From positions 29,202,001 to 29,266,000 of the forward strand of contig NC_087440.1 of assembly GCF_036321535.1 (NCBI RefSeq): a stretch of 64,000 nt of DNA, read 5' to 3'. A program made the position numbers and the translations under genes. Positions 24,900 to 39,156 of the stretch are shown here, piece by piece. This stretch comes from Camelus dromedarius (lineage: Eukaryota). Positions within the stretch are counted from its first letter, which is position 1; the number at the start of each line of letters is the position of its first letter. Below the pieces are notes generated by a model. That model was not told where the DNA came from, made no database searches, and worked only from the letters and a program-made list of their open reading frames with translations.

Positions 24900-25730
24900 C
24901 CCCTTATAGCTTAATTTTTAGCTTACCCATTATTATTACACTAAGCAAATTTCTTGAAGTGAGATTCTTAGTCACAAGTTAAGGAAAATTTTCAACTTTT
25001 GGTATCTGTTTTGAATGTACCTTCTAAAGAAACTGTATCAATTTTTACTCTCATTATCAGTGTATGAATGTGGCCTTTTCCTCACAGCCTCATCCATGAT
25101 AAGTCATCAATTTTTAAGCCTTTGAAACTTGTTAGTAGAAAATAGCACCCCAAGGCAATATTATGTACATTTCGTTGATTACTAAAGAGGGTTTTACTCT
25201 TCATATGATTATCGACTACTAGGATTTCTTTTTTTGTCAGTAGTTTTATGTTTTGCTCATTTTAAAATTGGTACACCACACTTTATCTGTTTGGAAGAGC
25301 TAATTTCATATTAAAAATGTGAATCGTTTGGCTGATATTTTAAAACAATTTTCCAAAGTGTGTTTTTACTTTTATTTTTATAGTGCTTATATCTCCATAT
25401 AAGATATCTGTATGTATATCTTTATACACTGTCTTTATGTATCTATCCAAATTTATGTACAAGATGAATTTAATACTTTGGATACTGCCAAGTATTATTT
25501 CTTCCCTGATTTGTTAATATGGGATATGCTAAGAATGAATTTTCCACCTTAATGTGGGTTTAAATATTCTTTTACTTTCTTTTGGCTTGTCTCTCTTTTT
25601 AATGTTTAAATATCCATCTGAAACTTCTTTGAGTTTATTGTGTGAGGCAAAATTTACATTTTTCCAAAGTTTATCTGTCGTACCAACACCACTGGCTAAA
25701 TAATGCACCCTGTCCACACTGATGTGATAC
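24900..25730 (-). mobile_element. Old L1 (L1ME-like) fragments
   Basis: Antisense L1 3'/ORF2 remnants (GTATCAATTTTTACTCTCATTATCAGTGTATGAATGTGGCC...ACCCTGTCCACACTGAT). Confidence 0.55.
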
Positions 25731-25779
25731 GATCTCAGTAGCCTCTTGAGGTCACTCTAAGTTTACTCTAGCCCTCAAT

Positions 25780-26275
25780 CCATTCTTTACATTGAAGCTT
25801 TGGGTAACTATTTGAAAGCATGATCAGCTACTGCTGAAAGTCACCCCAAATTTTCTATTGCTCTTAGGATAAAAAGCAAAGTTCTTATCATGGATACAAG
25901 AGTCCATCCTGTCTGGTGTATTACTCCACCTAATGGGCAATCATTCATTCTCAAGTCTCACTGGCCTTCCTGTCCCAGGGTCTTTGCACATGGCATTTCC
26001 AAAGTCTGGACTCCTCCACTTACTCTTCAGTAGTAACTCCCTGTTTAGCAGAATCTGTTCAAGCACCACAGTGATGAGTCATGTTGTCCTCGTAGTCCTC
26101 TGTTCTTTTCCTTCAAATCAATTGTCAGAGTTGTATGTGTATTTACAGTTACTTAATGTCTAGCTCCACCATTAGCCTGTACACCTCAGAAAGTCAGAAT
26201 TAGTATTTTACCTCAGACCTTGATGTAGTACCTGGAGTATGGTAGATACTCATTAGGAATGTCAGTTAACGCTCA
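25780..26275 (+). mobile_element. L2 3' end
   Basis: CTCTTAGGATAAAAAGCAAAGTTCTTATCATGG...GGTCTTTGCACATGGC...GTATGGTAGATACTCATTAGGAATG. Confidence 0.65.
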
Positions 26276-26461
26276 CTAGGTAGGTTAGCTGAAGGAATAA
26301 ATTAATGCATGAATTTTTCAAGACATCTTAATGGCTGTTAGTAAAGATTGCTTTTCTTAAAACTAGATTTAAATAAAAGCGTATATCTGTTTATTTTAAT
26401 TTTGATAAATCCTTTGGTTATGATTTTGTTTTTGATCTTTAGGTATCACCAGACAAAGCCA

Positions 26462-27397
26462 ATGTATGAAGCAAATTACTCTTTGGTGTCTGAATTTGTG
26501 TTCCTGGGACTTTCTAACTCTAGACCTGTGCAGCATTTCCTCCTTGCCTTCTCTACAGTGTTATATGTAACAATTCTTCTAGGAAACCTCCTTGTTGTGT
26601 TTGCAGTGACCTTTGACCCTCATCTACATTCCCCCATGTACTTCCTTTTAGCCAACCTCTCATTTATTGATTTGTGTTTTTCCACCTTAACTGTTCCAAA
26701 GATGATCTCTGACCTGTACTCTGGGCACAAAATCATATCCTTCCAAGGGTGTGTCATCCAGATATTTGTCCTTCACATCCTGGGTGGATCTGAGATGGTG
26801 CTGCTTACTGCCATGGCCTTAGACCGATATGTGGCCATATGTAAGCCCCTGCACTACCTGACCATCATGAGCCCACGGATGTGCCTTCTGCTTCTGTGTG
26901 GTGCTTGGACTACTGGCCTCATTCACTCAGTGGTCCAGTTAGCTTTTGTTGTCCATCTGCCTTTTTGTGGTCCTAATGAAATAGATAGCTTTTACTGTGA
27001 CCTACCTTGGTTTATCAAACTTGCCTGCATAGACACCTATAGAATGGAATTCCTGGTAACTGCCAACAGTGGGTTCATTTCTGTGGGCACTTTCTTCTTG
27101 TTGATTGTCTCTTATGTTTTCATCCTGGTCACCATATGGAAACGTTCTTCAGGTGGTTTGTGTAAGGCCCTCTCTACTCTGTCAGCTCACATCACTGTGG
27201 TGGTTTTGTTCTTTGGACCATGCATCTTTGTTTACATGTGGCCATTTCCCACGGTGCCAGTGGATAAGTTTCTTGCCATTTTGGACTTTATGATTACGCC
27301 CATCCTGAATCCTGCCATTTACACATTGAGGAACAAGGACATGAAGATGGCAATGAGGCGATTGAGTAGTCAGCTCCTGAGTTGGAGGATGATCTAA
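26462..27397 (+). CDS. OR#3: olfactory receptor family 4 (OR4F/OR4G-like), 311 aa, intact
   Basis: The likely start is ATG 26462 (MYEANYS, NYS sequon), 19 nt after the acceptor TTTTGATCTTTAG (AG 26441-26442). The 38 extra codons in the ORF track mostly overlap the intron end. Motifs: [43 protein letters not shown]. Confidence 0.95.
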   Translation: MYEANYSLVSEFVFLGLSNSRPVQHFLLAFSTVLYVTILLGNLLVVFAVTFDPHLHSPMYFLLANLSFIDLCFSTLTVPKMISDLYSGHKIISFQGCVIQIFVLHILGGSEMVLLTAMALDRYVAICKPLHYLTIMSPRMCLLLLCGAWTTGLIHSVVQLAFVVHLPFCGPNEIDSFYCDLPWFIKLACIDTYRMEFLVTANSGFISVGTFFLLIVSYVFILVTIWKRSSGGLCKALSTLSAHITVVVLFFGPCIFVYMWPFPTVPVDKFLAILDFMITPILNPAIYTLRNKDMKMAMRRLSSQLLSWRMI

Positions 27398-28764
27398 ATA
27401 ACTCAGGAGAGCACAAATGGTACCTTCTGTAAGCACTGTTGTAAACATTAAAACAAATTATATCATGTTAAGGCAATTTATTGTCTTTAATCCAGCAGCT
27501 TGAAAATCCTTGGATAGATCATTCCAAATTAATGACCAAAAATGTGATTGTATATTTTTATTATTTATCTGTAGGCTATTTTACACAGTTTTGAGATTAT
27601 TAAATATATGAAATGTACTTTGTGAGACCTACATTTTGAATAATCTATAAAATATCTTAAATATTTTTTATGAATTCCGGTTCACAGTGCTGTATTGGCA
27701 TATTGTCCTTCGTAATCATTGTAAAAAATTCTCAGTTAAAGAGAATGATTGGTTCTGTCTTAAGAATTTTTGACCAAGGAATGCAGTATTATTTTCTAAA
27801 GTGATTCTGGTTGCTTTTGCTTCTTTCCCTTCCTTTACTCTGTTACTGTGATATACTCAATTACATGAATATAGCTTTGGAAAGAAGTTTAATTTCTTTA
27901 TTAGATTAAATATTCACTAATAGTCACATATGCTGAAAACAATACAGTGGACAAAAATAGTTAAGCAGTTTGAAATTTTTTTTGGATCTGTTCTCTAAGA
28001 AGGCAAAGTTATGTCTTCTTCCTCTCCACTTTGCTTTTAACTCTCCCCTTTTATTGTGTGCTGACAGTAAAAGGGTATGAATTAAGCAGTAACATTCATC
28101 AAAGGGTAGAGCTGGGCTGGGAGTGAAAAAATGTTTAATGAAAGAGAGGAAACTCAGATGTAGTGTTTCTCGACCATGGATACAGTGCAGTACTGAACCC
28201 CACTCTGTGTTTAAGCATGAAGCCTATGCTTTTAGACATACGGACCTGAGACTCACCACCATACAAAGCAAAACATCTTTTGAAATTCTTTTACCTGTTG
28301 AAATTGTATTCTTATACTGAGATGGAATTTGCTTCCCTAGATATTTCATACTGTGTTCTTCTTTTTGTAATCTGGAATTGTGCAGAGTAAAATATCTTCT
28401 ATACTGTCTTTTTTATGTTTGGAAAAAAATGATTCTATATCTTCTTTTAAGGTTAAATACTCCTCAGGCTAAACATATTGAGTCCTAAATCTTTTTAGGC
28501 AAAATTCATTTTGAAAATTTCATGAGAGGTTTTTTTGTTTGTTTTTAATTATGAGTAAACCTGAAATATCAGCTTTAACTTTATGTTAAAATCTATTTCT
28601 GTTGGATTCTGGGCCTAAGCAGACACTGATTCCAGCTAGACAACCATATAATAGCCCATAATAAAGGAAATCTCATTAAACCTGAAATCTAAAATATGTA
28701 AGAACACTTGAATCAGAAACTCAAATCTTTGAATGAAAATGACTAAAAATATTAAAATTAAAAA

Positions 28765-28900
28765 TGAGAGTTGATGGATGGAAACTAAATTTTTGGTGGT
28801 GAGCATGCTGTATACACACAGAAGTAGAAATATCATATTGTACATTTGAAACATATAATGTTGCAAACCAGTGTAATCTCAATTAAAAATAAATTAAAAG
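28765..28900 (+). mobile_element. Short L1 3' tail
   Basis: GGAAACTAAATTTTTGGTGGTGAGCATGCTG...TTGTACATTTGAAACATATAATG...CTCAATTAAAAATAAA. Confidence 0.75.
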
Positions 28901-30059
28901 TAAGAGCCAACTTAAACTCAGAACAAAATTTGAACAAGAAGAAATCATTTCAAAAATGAACACCAAAATACAACGTACCCAAAGAGACTAGAATATTCAA
29001 AATTACAATGAATGATACAGGAAATAAAGGTGAAAAGAACCAAGAAGTGAAACCCAATTAAAGAAAGAAGTAAAAAAAGTTTCAGAGAGAAAGTTTTATA
29101 GAACCATGCAAATAATATTTAATATTATATAATCTGAAAATGAGACTTTGCAATAGAAATAATATTTCAAACTTTTATTAACGTGTGTGAAATGAAAGAC
29201 CAGAATCTATTTAATGAAATAGCTTATAATCACCTTGGGATAGTTGACCTTAGATGGTTAATTCCAAGACATATTTTAGTAAAATTATTAAGTATTTAAA
29301 ATACAGTATCTTCTGAGCTTCCTATCAAAGTAACATAAGTAACTTATAGAGGAGAGAAAATTGAGTTGGTGTCAGACTTCCTGATAGTAGTATATAAAGA
29401 GAGATAATGATTGAACTACATTTCCAAAAGAGTCAAGGAAATAAAATGTGAGATAAAAAATTAATGTAAAGCCAATCTGTCCTTCATGTACATAAAAATT
29501 AATTAAACATATTTTAAGTACGAAAGCTTTTGTTGAAGACTGTGTGCATAAGCCCTTCCTGGGAAACCATCTAAAGGACCAGCTCCATCCCAACAAGAGC
29601 TATTTGGGAAACTTCAGCAATACTGGGGCCTAAAATTTAACACTTTCTATTAAAGACTTAGGACTTAAAAGTGAGGCTGCACATGAAAGAATGGAATGTT
29701 AAGTGTTAAATCTGATAAATTAAACATTTTTAATGGAGGAGAGATAGAGAAGCAAAAAGTAGAAAAATGTGTTGATGTTCTCAGCAGCAGTAAGTGTCCA
29801 AAAATAACTGGCAACGCAAATAATGAAAGCCGATATTTTAAAATGAAGTAATAACTAAGAGAATTACAGAAAGATAGATGCTACAAATGATAAAATTTTA
29901 TACCAAAACAATACAAAAATTAATTTAAAAGAATTAAGTGAAATAAAAGGAACAAAATTATGAAAGACATGCTAATAATAACATAAAACAAAGCTTCACA
30001 AAAAACAAAATAGGACAGATCTATTAACTGGCACTGACAAACCATTTTTGGAAGAGGAA

Positions 30060-30180
30060 ATGAATGACTGAATTGAAAAATGAGGAGGTCATTGGTGACT
30101 CTGGAAAAGAAAGTATCAGTGGAATGGTGGATGTAAAAGCTTGACCGGATGGTGTTCAAATGAGAATTGGTTCAACCTAA
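30060..30180 (-). mobile_element. L2 fragment
   Basis: GAGGTCATTGGTGACTCTGGAAAAGAAAGTATCAGTGGAATGGTGG is antisense L2. Confidence 0.6.
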
Positions 30181-30689
30181 GACAGGTCAAGTGGGAACTA
30201 TAAGTGAAAATAAAAATTTCCAAATAATATAATCACCCAAATCTAGATTTCTGGGTGTATGGATATTTATCAGATTTGTGTTCCAGGTCCAGTGGAGAAT
30301 TTTTTGATGTTCAAGTTCATGTAACTGCACATATCAGTTATTGGTTATTTAATGTCTAGTTCCTTCACCAAAGAGTAACTTTCCTGGAGGCAGGTGGTAT
30401 ATGTTGGGTACTTTCAGTGAGCTATCAGTGAAAGCTTATTGAATAAATGGATTTTAAAAGTTTAAATTTAAAAGTTTTAAAAAGCACCTTGTGCCAGGTA
30501 GTATAACTTTTTTAAAGTACACAATTTGAAACCAATTTAAATCTTCTTTCAACATTTCTAACAGACTTAGTTTTAGTTTTTTCTTTTATATAAGGAATTT
30601 TATATAAACAGAATATCAATAACTAGAGAAAAATAGTCTGTGGTATACAACTGATATTCCTGGACCTTTATAACTTCTGGCTAATATAG

Positions 30690-32150
30690 GACTTCCTAGC
30701 TGCCTTTCATATTTTTAAAAACATTCTTATCACCCCTAAAAACTTTGTACCTGTTAAGCATTCAAACCCAAATTTCTTCTTCTTCCATTTCCTGGCAACC
30801 ATTAATCCATTTTCTGTCTTTATGGATTTGACTATTTTGGTCAAATTTTTTTGGTCAAAAATTCCATAGAAATGGAATCTTATATTATNNNNNNNNNNNN
30901 NNNNNNNNNNNNNNNNNNNNNNNNNNNNNNNNNNNNNNNNNNNNNNNNNNNNNNNNNNNNNNNNNNNNNNNNNNNNNNNNNNNNNNNNNNNNNNNNNNNN
31001 NNNNNNNNNNNNNNNNNNNNNNNNNNNNNNNNNNNNNNNNNNNNNNNNNNNNNNNNNNNNNNNNNNNTTCTTGTGAATAGTGTTACTAAAAACATCTGTG
31101 TACAATTTTTTGTTTCAACACCTGTTTTCAGTTCTCTTGAGTGGAACTTCTGGGTCATATGGTAACTTTATGTTCAACATATTGAGACACCATCAAACTG
31201 TTTTTCACAGTGCCTATAAAATTTTACATTCTCTCTAATACTGTATGAGCAATCCAATTTCTCCATATTCTTATCCACACTTGATGTTTTATTTCATTAG
31301 TTTTTATTATGGCCAATCTACTGGGTGTGAAATTATATATCATTGTCCTTTTAATTTTCATTCCTGTAATGACTAATGAGGTTGAGCAGCTTTTCATGTG
31401 CTTGTTGGTTGGCCATTTGTATATCTTCTCGAGTGGAATGTTTATTCAAATCCTTCTCTCATGTTTAAATTGGGTTGTTTGTCTTTTTATTGCTGAGTTT
31501 TAATAGTTCTCTATATATTTTGATTACCATGCCTGTTTAGTTTTCTAAGGCTGCAATAAAAATTTACTACAAACTTGGTGGTTTAAAACAACATGAATTT
31601 ATTCTCTCACAGTTTTGGAGGCTAGAATTGGAAATCAATGTGCTGGCAGGGCTAAGCTCCCTCCTAAGGCTCTAGGGGAGAATCCTTCCTTGTCACTTCC
31701 GATTGCTGGTGACTCTAGGTGTTTCCTGGTTTGTGTCTACATAACTCCAACCTCTACTTCATCTCCATGTGGCTTCACCTCTGTATCCTTGTATTCTCCT
31801 GTTTCTTATTAGGACATTTATGTTTCTTATTAGGACATTTATTATTCAGGTTCTCCAGGATGATCTCAAGATCCTTATTACATTTGCAAAGACCCTTTTT
31901 CCAAATAAGGTTTCATTAACAGTTTCAGGAGTTAGGATGTAGAACTATCTTTTTGAGGGCCTTCATTCAACCCACTACAAGACCCTTATCAGATATGTGA
32001 TTTAGAAATATTTTCTCTCATCTGTACATTTTCTTTTTACTCTCTTGATTGAATCCCTTGACACACATAAGATTTTAGTTTTGATGAAGTCCAATTTATC
32101 TGTTTTTCCTTTTGTTAGGTGTACTTTGGTGTTATTTTAAAGAAACCATT
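30690..32150 (-). mobile_element. Old L1 (L1MB-like) 3' region, interrupted by an MLT1 LTR and N-run 30889-31067
   Basis: Antisense L1 (CCTGGCAACCATTAATCC...GTTGAGCAGCTTTTCATGTGC...TTTGATGAAGTCCAATTTATC); the L1 sequence resumes at 31980. Confidence 0.85.
31534..31979 (-). mobile_element. MLT1-type (ERVL-MaLR) solo LTR
   Basis: TGTTTAGTTTTCTAAGGCTGC...GGTGGTTTAAAACAACATGAATTTATTCTCTCACAGTTTTGGAGGC...TTCAACCCACTACA is the reverse complement of an MLT1 LTR. Confidence 0.88.
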
Positions 32151-32764
32151 GTCCTAAATAAATAAATATCTTTTCTCTGGGCATGTACTATATACTTACA
32201 GGATTGTATCATCTGGATTCTTTTCATATCCTAGGGATACTGAAATGAGGAGGAGGAGTGTGGTTTGAGATGTGGCTAACAGACAGAAATCACATTATAC
32301 ACAGTCCTTAGGTTTTGGAAAACATGACAGTTTAAATTTTATCCTAACAATAATAGCTAGCTTTTGGGAGGTTTTATAAGTATGTGTGTTTATTATGTGT
32401 AAGAGGTTGTTAAGCAATTACATAAATTATGCATTTTATCCTTAATATATCATGAGAATGAAGTGATATTTTATAGAAAGTGGCTGAGAGAAGTTATGCT
32501 TCTCAAAAATACTAATACCATCTACTCCCCTCTTTTCATTGGTCTGAATTTCAAGTCCGTGGGCTCCTTCTCTGAGCTTCTAAGTTTTAATCATGACAAA
32601 CTCTTCCCTTAATTTCTCTAGCACCAGAGCTGGCACTTTTTTTCTTTAGTTGATTTTTAAATGATCTCTTAGTGTTTTAGAATGTCTATTATTTTTAGTT
32701 CTTTAATACCTACCTAGTTAACCATCTTCTCTAAATGATATTATTTTATTAAAAGAACTAGGAT

Positions 32765-35235
32765 AAGTTTCTGTCTCCTGACTAATTCAGAAATTTGAAA
32801 CAGAATTTTCCCCAGGAAACAGACCCTTAAATATGGGGTTTTGAAACTGAATTGGTCTTGTCCTTCAGAGTGATCTCCAAGTGCTGAGCTCCTTGCCAGT
32901 GTGAAATAGGAGGCTAGTCACCCCATTACAGGCAAGCAGTGGCATCATGAATATTGTGTTAATTGTATTAAAGTGCCAACTGGAGCACATGACTAATGCA
33001 TTTGACCATTTCATTACTGATGATAATTATAAGTAGTGTGGAATGTGATGGATTTTTCTGAATGCTTTGAGAAAGAAATGACAAGCTCAAATCTTAAGTG
33101 TTCATTCCAGGTTAGAGTCTGAGAACCAGAAAAATTCAATGGAAGCTCTTAAAGAATATCTTGTTTATTGTAGTTACAGATGTAATCTTGCTGAAATCAG
33201 TCACAGAATTTAACATTGCAGAATTACAATTTGGCTTGTGAAGTTAAAGGCATTTCTTAGTAAATAATGGGACTATATTTGGAATTAAACATGCACACAG
33301 TTTTTCAAGTTCCAGAGATATATGTATTTTTTACTATAGCAATATAATTCACATACTATAAAATTCATCTGTTTGTTTTATATTCTGAAGAAATCTTTTT
33401 TTTTTCTGCAGAAATCTTAATTGTCTTGACATTCCATGAAACATTACCAATCAACTACATTGAGGTGGTTATTTTAATTGATCTAATGATGAGAAAAAAG
33501 CAAGTATTTTGGGTGCCTTAGACATATCTGAACCGATGGTGAGAGATAAACCACCTCAGTAAAGTTTCTAAGAGTACAAAGGTTAGTATCCTGCTGAGCT
33601 CTGGTAGTTATTAAATACCTGAATTTGGACCTCAAGTGATTGTATGATCTAAGCTACCTATCTGTTGGGCTGCAGCCTTCTTGGGAGCTTTTCATTGTGA
33701 TCAGAAACTGGTGCTGTACTCACTGAGGGCAAGGAGAGAAGAAAGAGACAGACCACTCTTAATTGGTTGGTAGCAGGTTGAATAAGCAAGGAAACTTGCA
33801 TATGAGGCTTGTCTTGAGTGTCTGTGAGATGAGTAGATTTTAGCACCTGCCTGCCAAATCTTAAACATTTACGTAGAGGCCTTAACTGGGCTCAGGCATG
33901 TACAAAGCCCAGATAGTCTCAACAGCACATTGCTGTCTCAAGGATGTATCCTTGGGGCAACTTCCAGTGCAGGAAAAGCAAGTGGAACACACATTGCAAT
34001 GGCAGGTGAGAGGATGAAAAGCCTTCAACTGTCTGGATCCACAGTGATGGTCACTTCTTCTTGATGACCTTCCTCAACACCATCAGGAAGTGGATGCTAT
34101 CTCACTATTCAGACCATTAACTTGAGCTGAAAAAGGAGCATTATGTCATCAAGAGGAAATGGTACATAAGAGATTAGGCTTAAACAGGTCCAGAGGCATA
34201 AAGAAGTTGCATTAGCTTATAACTCAATTCCTATAACAACTGCTACTGTCCAGTTGTCTTCTCCCCCTCAACGTACACCTATGGCTACATAGAGAATTCC
34301 TTATAACCAGTGGACTGAAAATTTCACATTTGGTCCTGAATCTGCAGTTGGTTTTGTATGATATGTTGGCAGAAACTAGAAGTGAAAGTTTGCAGCTGTA
34401 CAGCCCCAGTTTAGTGAAGTATTATGGTTAAATATTAGTTATGGTTAGTACTGTGATTATGGCTATGAAAAACAGTGATGAGGAGAAATTCTCCCTTTGG
34501 GAAGAAATACATGCGGTTGTCCACTTTGGCTAGAAGCATGTATATATACTGATTCATGATAAGTTGCTAGTGGTTTGGTTAGATAGTAAGGGCTTAGGAT
34601 AAATAGAATTGGGAGACTGGTGGCAAAGAATTCCTGGAGAAGAATTCTGGAAATAGATCTCTCAGAATGGACACAGATTATGAAAAATATGTCTCATGTG
34701 AACTGTCACCATAGGGTATCCACAGCAGAGGAAACTTTAGTAATAAGGTAGACAAATGACACGTTCTGTGCGGGTTAACCTCTTTTTCTAGACACCTTCA
34801 GGGCTTGCTCAATGGGCTTCTGTTCAAAATGACCAGAGTTGGAGATTAGGTATTGCTAAACATTGCATTTGATCAAGAAATTTATTTTACAGCAAAACAA
34901 GTATAGCAATGGGCTTTTGACCATGGAATTTACTGATCATAACATATATTGATCACCAGTGAACAGCTGGTCTAATAGAATGGTGGAATGGCAAACTGAA
35001 GACTTCTTCATGGGTATTTTGGGAGATGAGAACTTCATTCTCTGATTCTGGAATCAAGATGTGGAATTGGTAGTAGATCCTCTCAGTTATAGCTAACTCA
35101 CTCACAAAATGTTTACTCCCTGTCTTCACCACCTTGAGCTCTGCTGGGTGAGAGGTCTTAGCTCTTAAGGAAGGAATGCTTCCACCAGAGTAGATAATAT
35201 TTTTATTAAATTGGAAATTAAGACTGAATTCTGGC
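32765..35235 (+). mobile_element. Degraded ERV-L internal region (gag, RT, RNase H and integrase remnants), non-coding
   Basis: LTR-end/PBS-like CTGACTAATTCAGAAATTTG (~32780). Gag remnant ~33090-33230, RT remnant near the YIDD-like site (~33430-33500), RNase H-like TATACTGATTCATG (~34545) and integrase-like CCATGGAATTTACTG...CTAATAGAATGGTGGAATGG (~34920-34990), all with many disruptions. Confidence 0.8.
33663..34079. mobile_element. Solo LTR (family unassigned) inserted in ERV-L pol
   Basis: TGTTG...CAACA termini; 5-bp TSD CTATC (33658-33662) / CCATC (34080-34084); ERV-L sequence resumes on both sides. Confidence 0.75.
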
Positions 35236-36109
35236 CATTTGAAACTTGGCTAGAGAATGTGTATGACAGTAAGATTCTAGATTAATATCTGTGAGGATGA
35301 TTATAAAATAAGCCAGAGAGATAAGGAGAATTTTCCTTTCTGGTAAATGTCTAAATAATAACCTTACTTAGCATGGCAGTAAGTGACTAAAATGTTTGAG
35401 TTGAGAGCATGTAATACTTTAATTTTGTTGTGGCAAATTACATTACAAAATAATATAAGTTGCATTTTTCATTCTTATGCCCTTCTACTTTTAGAATATA
35501 GAAAATCCATACAAATAGTACTTAACACTCAGATTTAGTTTTTAAGGACGGACAGAAGTAAAAAGATACTCAATATTCTGGGTAGGAAAAAAGATACTTA
35601 AAAAAATACAGTGATGACAGTGCAGAGAATGAATGGGTTTACCCATGAGGATGAACTGAGGCTACAGCCCAAGATAGAGTTAGCCACGTAGTTGACTCTT
35701 AGTCCTTTGGTATGATCTGTGTGCAGGAATGTCCTTGATGATGTTTCTCTTGTTCTCAGTTTACACTTTAAAATCAAATTAACTTGCAAATTAGGGTATT
35801 TCCAATATTTTTTAAATTGTTAGGTTGATAGAGGTACTCATGTTATTCTTGGCATAATTTATTTTTTCACTCTCGTAGGATATAATTTTCTATTGTGTAG
35901 TGTCATTTAATAAGTGAGTAGTTTTGGAAATCAAATTGATCTTTAACACCCTAAGAGAAGAAAAAAATAAGATTCTGTTATCTTAAGGAACTTTCTTTCA
36001 TATTTCTGAGTCTCAATTTCTTATACATAATTTGGGAAGAATAATAAACTCATATAAAGTAATACTCATAACATAATGGCATAGAGCAGGCACAGACAGG
36101 TAAGTACTT

Positions 36110-38065
36110 TTTTTTGTTAAAAATTGTTTTAATTTTTTCACTTTTTAAGTTGAAGTATAGCTGATTTACAAATATTGTATTAATTTCAAGTGTACAGCAA
36201 AGTGATGCAGCTTCACTTAGCAAAGTGATTCAGTGTATATATATTTCAGATTATTTTCCACTGTAGATTATTACAAGATATTCAGTATAATTCCCTTTGC
36301 TATACAGAAAATCCTTGTTGCTTATCTATTTTATGTATAGTAGTTTTTGTCTGTTAATCCCATACTCCTCATTTATTCCTCCCCCCTCCCCTTTCCTCCT
36401 TGGTAACCATAAGTTTGTTTTCTATGTCTGTGAGTTTGCCTTTGTTTTGCATTTTGGATTCATTTGTATTATTTTTAAGACTACACATTAGTTGTAGCAT
36501 GTAATGCTTGTTTTCCTTTGTCTGAGTCACTTAACTTAGCATGATTTTCTCTGCGTTCATCCATGTTGCTGAAAATGGCAATATTTCATTCTTTAATATA
36601 GCTGAGTAATATTCCATTGTGTGTGTGTGCGCACACACACTACATCTTAAACCAGTTGTCTGTTGATAGGCACTTGGGTTGTTTCCATGTCTTAGCTATT
36701 GTAAATAATACTACTGTGAACATTTGGTGCATGTAGCTTTTCTAACTAGAGTTTTCATATTTTCTGGATATATGCCCAGGAGTGGGATTGCTGGTTTATA
36801 TGGTAGCTCTATTTTTAGTTTTTTAACTTCATTATTGTTTTTCATAGTGAGTGCACCAATTTACATTCCCACTACCAATGCAGGAAGTTTCCCTTTTCTC
36901 CACATCCTTGCCAATGTTTTTCATTTGTGTACTTTTTTTTATAATAGCCACTCTGACAGGTGTGAGGTGATATCTCAATGTGATTTTGATTTGCATTCCC
37001 ATGATGATTAGTGATATTGAGCATCTTTTCATGTCTCTGTTGGCCATCTGTATGTCTTTGGAGATACGTCTATTTAGGTCTACTGCTGATTTCTTGAGTG
37101 GGTTGCTTTTGGTGGGGGGCGGATATTGAGTTCTATGACCTATTTGTATATTCTGGATATTAACCTCTTGTTGTTCACATTGTTTGCAAATATTTTCTTC
37201 CAGTCTGTAGGTTGTGTTTTCATTTTGTTAATGTTTTCCCTTCAGGTGCAGAAGCCTTTAACTTTAATTAGGTCCCATTAGTTTATTTTTGCTTTAATTT
37301 CTTTTGCCTTGGGAGACTGACCTAGGAAGACATTACTACAATTTGTCAAAGAATGTTTTGCCCATATTCTCTTCATAAAACTCACAAAAGGACTTCTATG
37401 GTGTCATGTCTAATATTTAGGTGTTTAAACCATGTTTGAGTTTATTTCTGTGTATAGTAGGAGAAGTCTTCTAATTTCATTGATTTACACCTTTCCTAAT
37501 GCCACTTGAAGAGACTGTCTTTCTCCACTGTATATTCTTGCCTCCTTTGTCACAGATTAATTTACCATAAGGGTATGTCTTTATTTCTGGGATCTTTATT
37601 TTGTTCCATTGACCTGTATGTCTGTTTTTGTACCAATACCATGCTGCTTTTATTACTGTAGCTTTACAATATTGTCTGAAGTCTAGAAGAGTTATGCCTC
37701 TCACTTTGTTCTTTTTCCTCAGGATTGCTTTGGCAATTCTGGGTCTTTTGTGGTTACATATAAATTTTAAGATTATTTGTTCTAGTAATGTGAAAAATAT
37801 GTGTATTTTGATAGGGATCACAGAAAATCTGTAGATTGCTTTGGGTAGTATGGCCATTTTAACAATATTAATTCTTTCAGTCCAAGAGCATGAGGTATCT
37901 TTCTATTCCTTTGAATCATTTTCGGTTTCCTTTATAAATGCTTTATAGTTCTCAGTGTACAGGTCTTTCACCTCCTTGGTTAAGTTTATTCTCAGGTATT
38001 TTATTCTTTGATGCAATTTTAAGCAGATTTTCTTACTTTCTTTTTCTGAGATTTCCTTGTTAGAT
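36110..38065 (-). mobile_element. 5'-truncated L1 (3' UTR plus ORF2 C-terminal part)
   Basis: T-rich tail at 36110. Minus-strand ORF2 peptides [17 protein letters not shown]...AAWYWYKNR and [13 protein letters not shown]. Confidence 0.92.
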
Positions 38066-39156
38066 AGGTACATTAGTTTTATTCTGCCTTTATTTCTACT
38101 TTGTTCCTATAGCAAGAGAAATAAAAGTGATATATGCACCATATTTTTACTTTGGGACTTTTATTGTTGATTCTTATAAATGAATTTTAATCCACTTAAT
38201 TTGTAATTCTAGAAGTAAATTTTATTTATAATTTTAATTTTTTAGGAATCTGTATTTAATGACAACAGCTTGTTCTTAAATAATACACCATGATCAATAC
38301 ATAGTATGGTATTTGAATGGAAAATCGGCCTTTATGTATAAATTAAAATGTATTTTTTAAATGTTGATTGTATGTTAACCACTGTAATAAGTACTATAAT
38401 TTCAAGAATTAACAAGGTAAGATATAGCTCCAGCCATTAAGGAGTTTACATTTCAAGACTTTATACAAATGGTTAATTATAATCTAAAGGATAAATATTA
38501 GACCTTGAGACCGAGATGACCCAAATAAATATGATTAAGTTTTACATTTTTTCACTTTTATTGAGTTATTGGAAACAAAACAGAGAATAACCTCAGCTGT
38601 TATTCTAACCTCCACTATTGTTCCCTATCTACTGTACCACTGTTATTTCATTCCCTCTTTATTTCTCCCCTACTGCTTTTCATTAGTATTTGGGTAAAGT
38701 ATTACGTTAAATAGTAATTCAGTTGCCTCTTGAGAAGAGGTTAAATGAAAGGTTTGAGGGAAGGACTCAGTGTTACAGAGACACTTTCCAAATGGAGTTA
38801 GGAGAAAATTCAAGAGAAATTTGTTAAGATGCTGACAATCAGTATGGATGTATTAGTTGGCTGAATGGATTTCAGCTTTCTGATTTAACGTAGTTAAAAG
38901 GCATAGGAAAATTGATTAGACAATTCCCTCACAAAGAAGAATCGTTTGTGTTTGAACTTTAGGAAAATATTTCATGGTATTTCATGGTAGTGGTTGATTA
39001 TTAAATGTTGAAATTTCTTGAATTATATTAATCTTATTCCTGCACTTGGAGACAGGCAAAATATGTAGATATAAATTGAGTGCCTAGAATTCTCAACCTC
39101 TTTTATAAGGTCAGTATATTGTCAATTTGAAATGCTTACAGTGAGGTTTCTGGGCA

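Noticed and set aside
26348-26461. 38-aa N-terminal extension of OR#3 in the ORF track (349 aa)
   Set aside because: It starts at TTG and runs through an AT-rich intron end with a clear acceptor at 26441-26442; ATG 26462 gives a normal 311-aa OR.
30707-31165. ORFs containing long X runs (also those spanning the other N-runs)
   Set aside because: Artefacts of translating through N.
32765-35235. Domesticated retroviral gene
   Set aside because: No long ORF, the RT motif is degraded and pol is split by an LTR.
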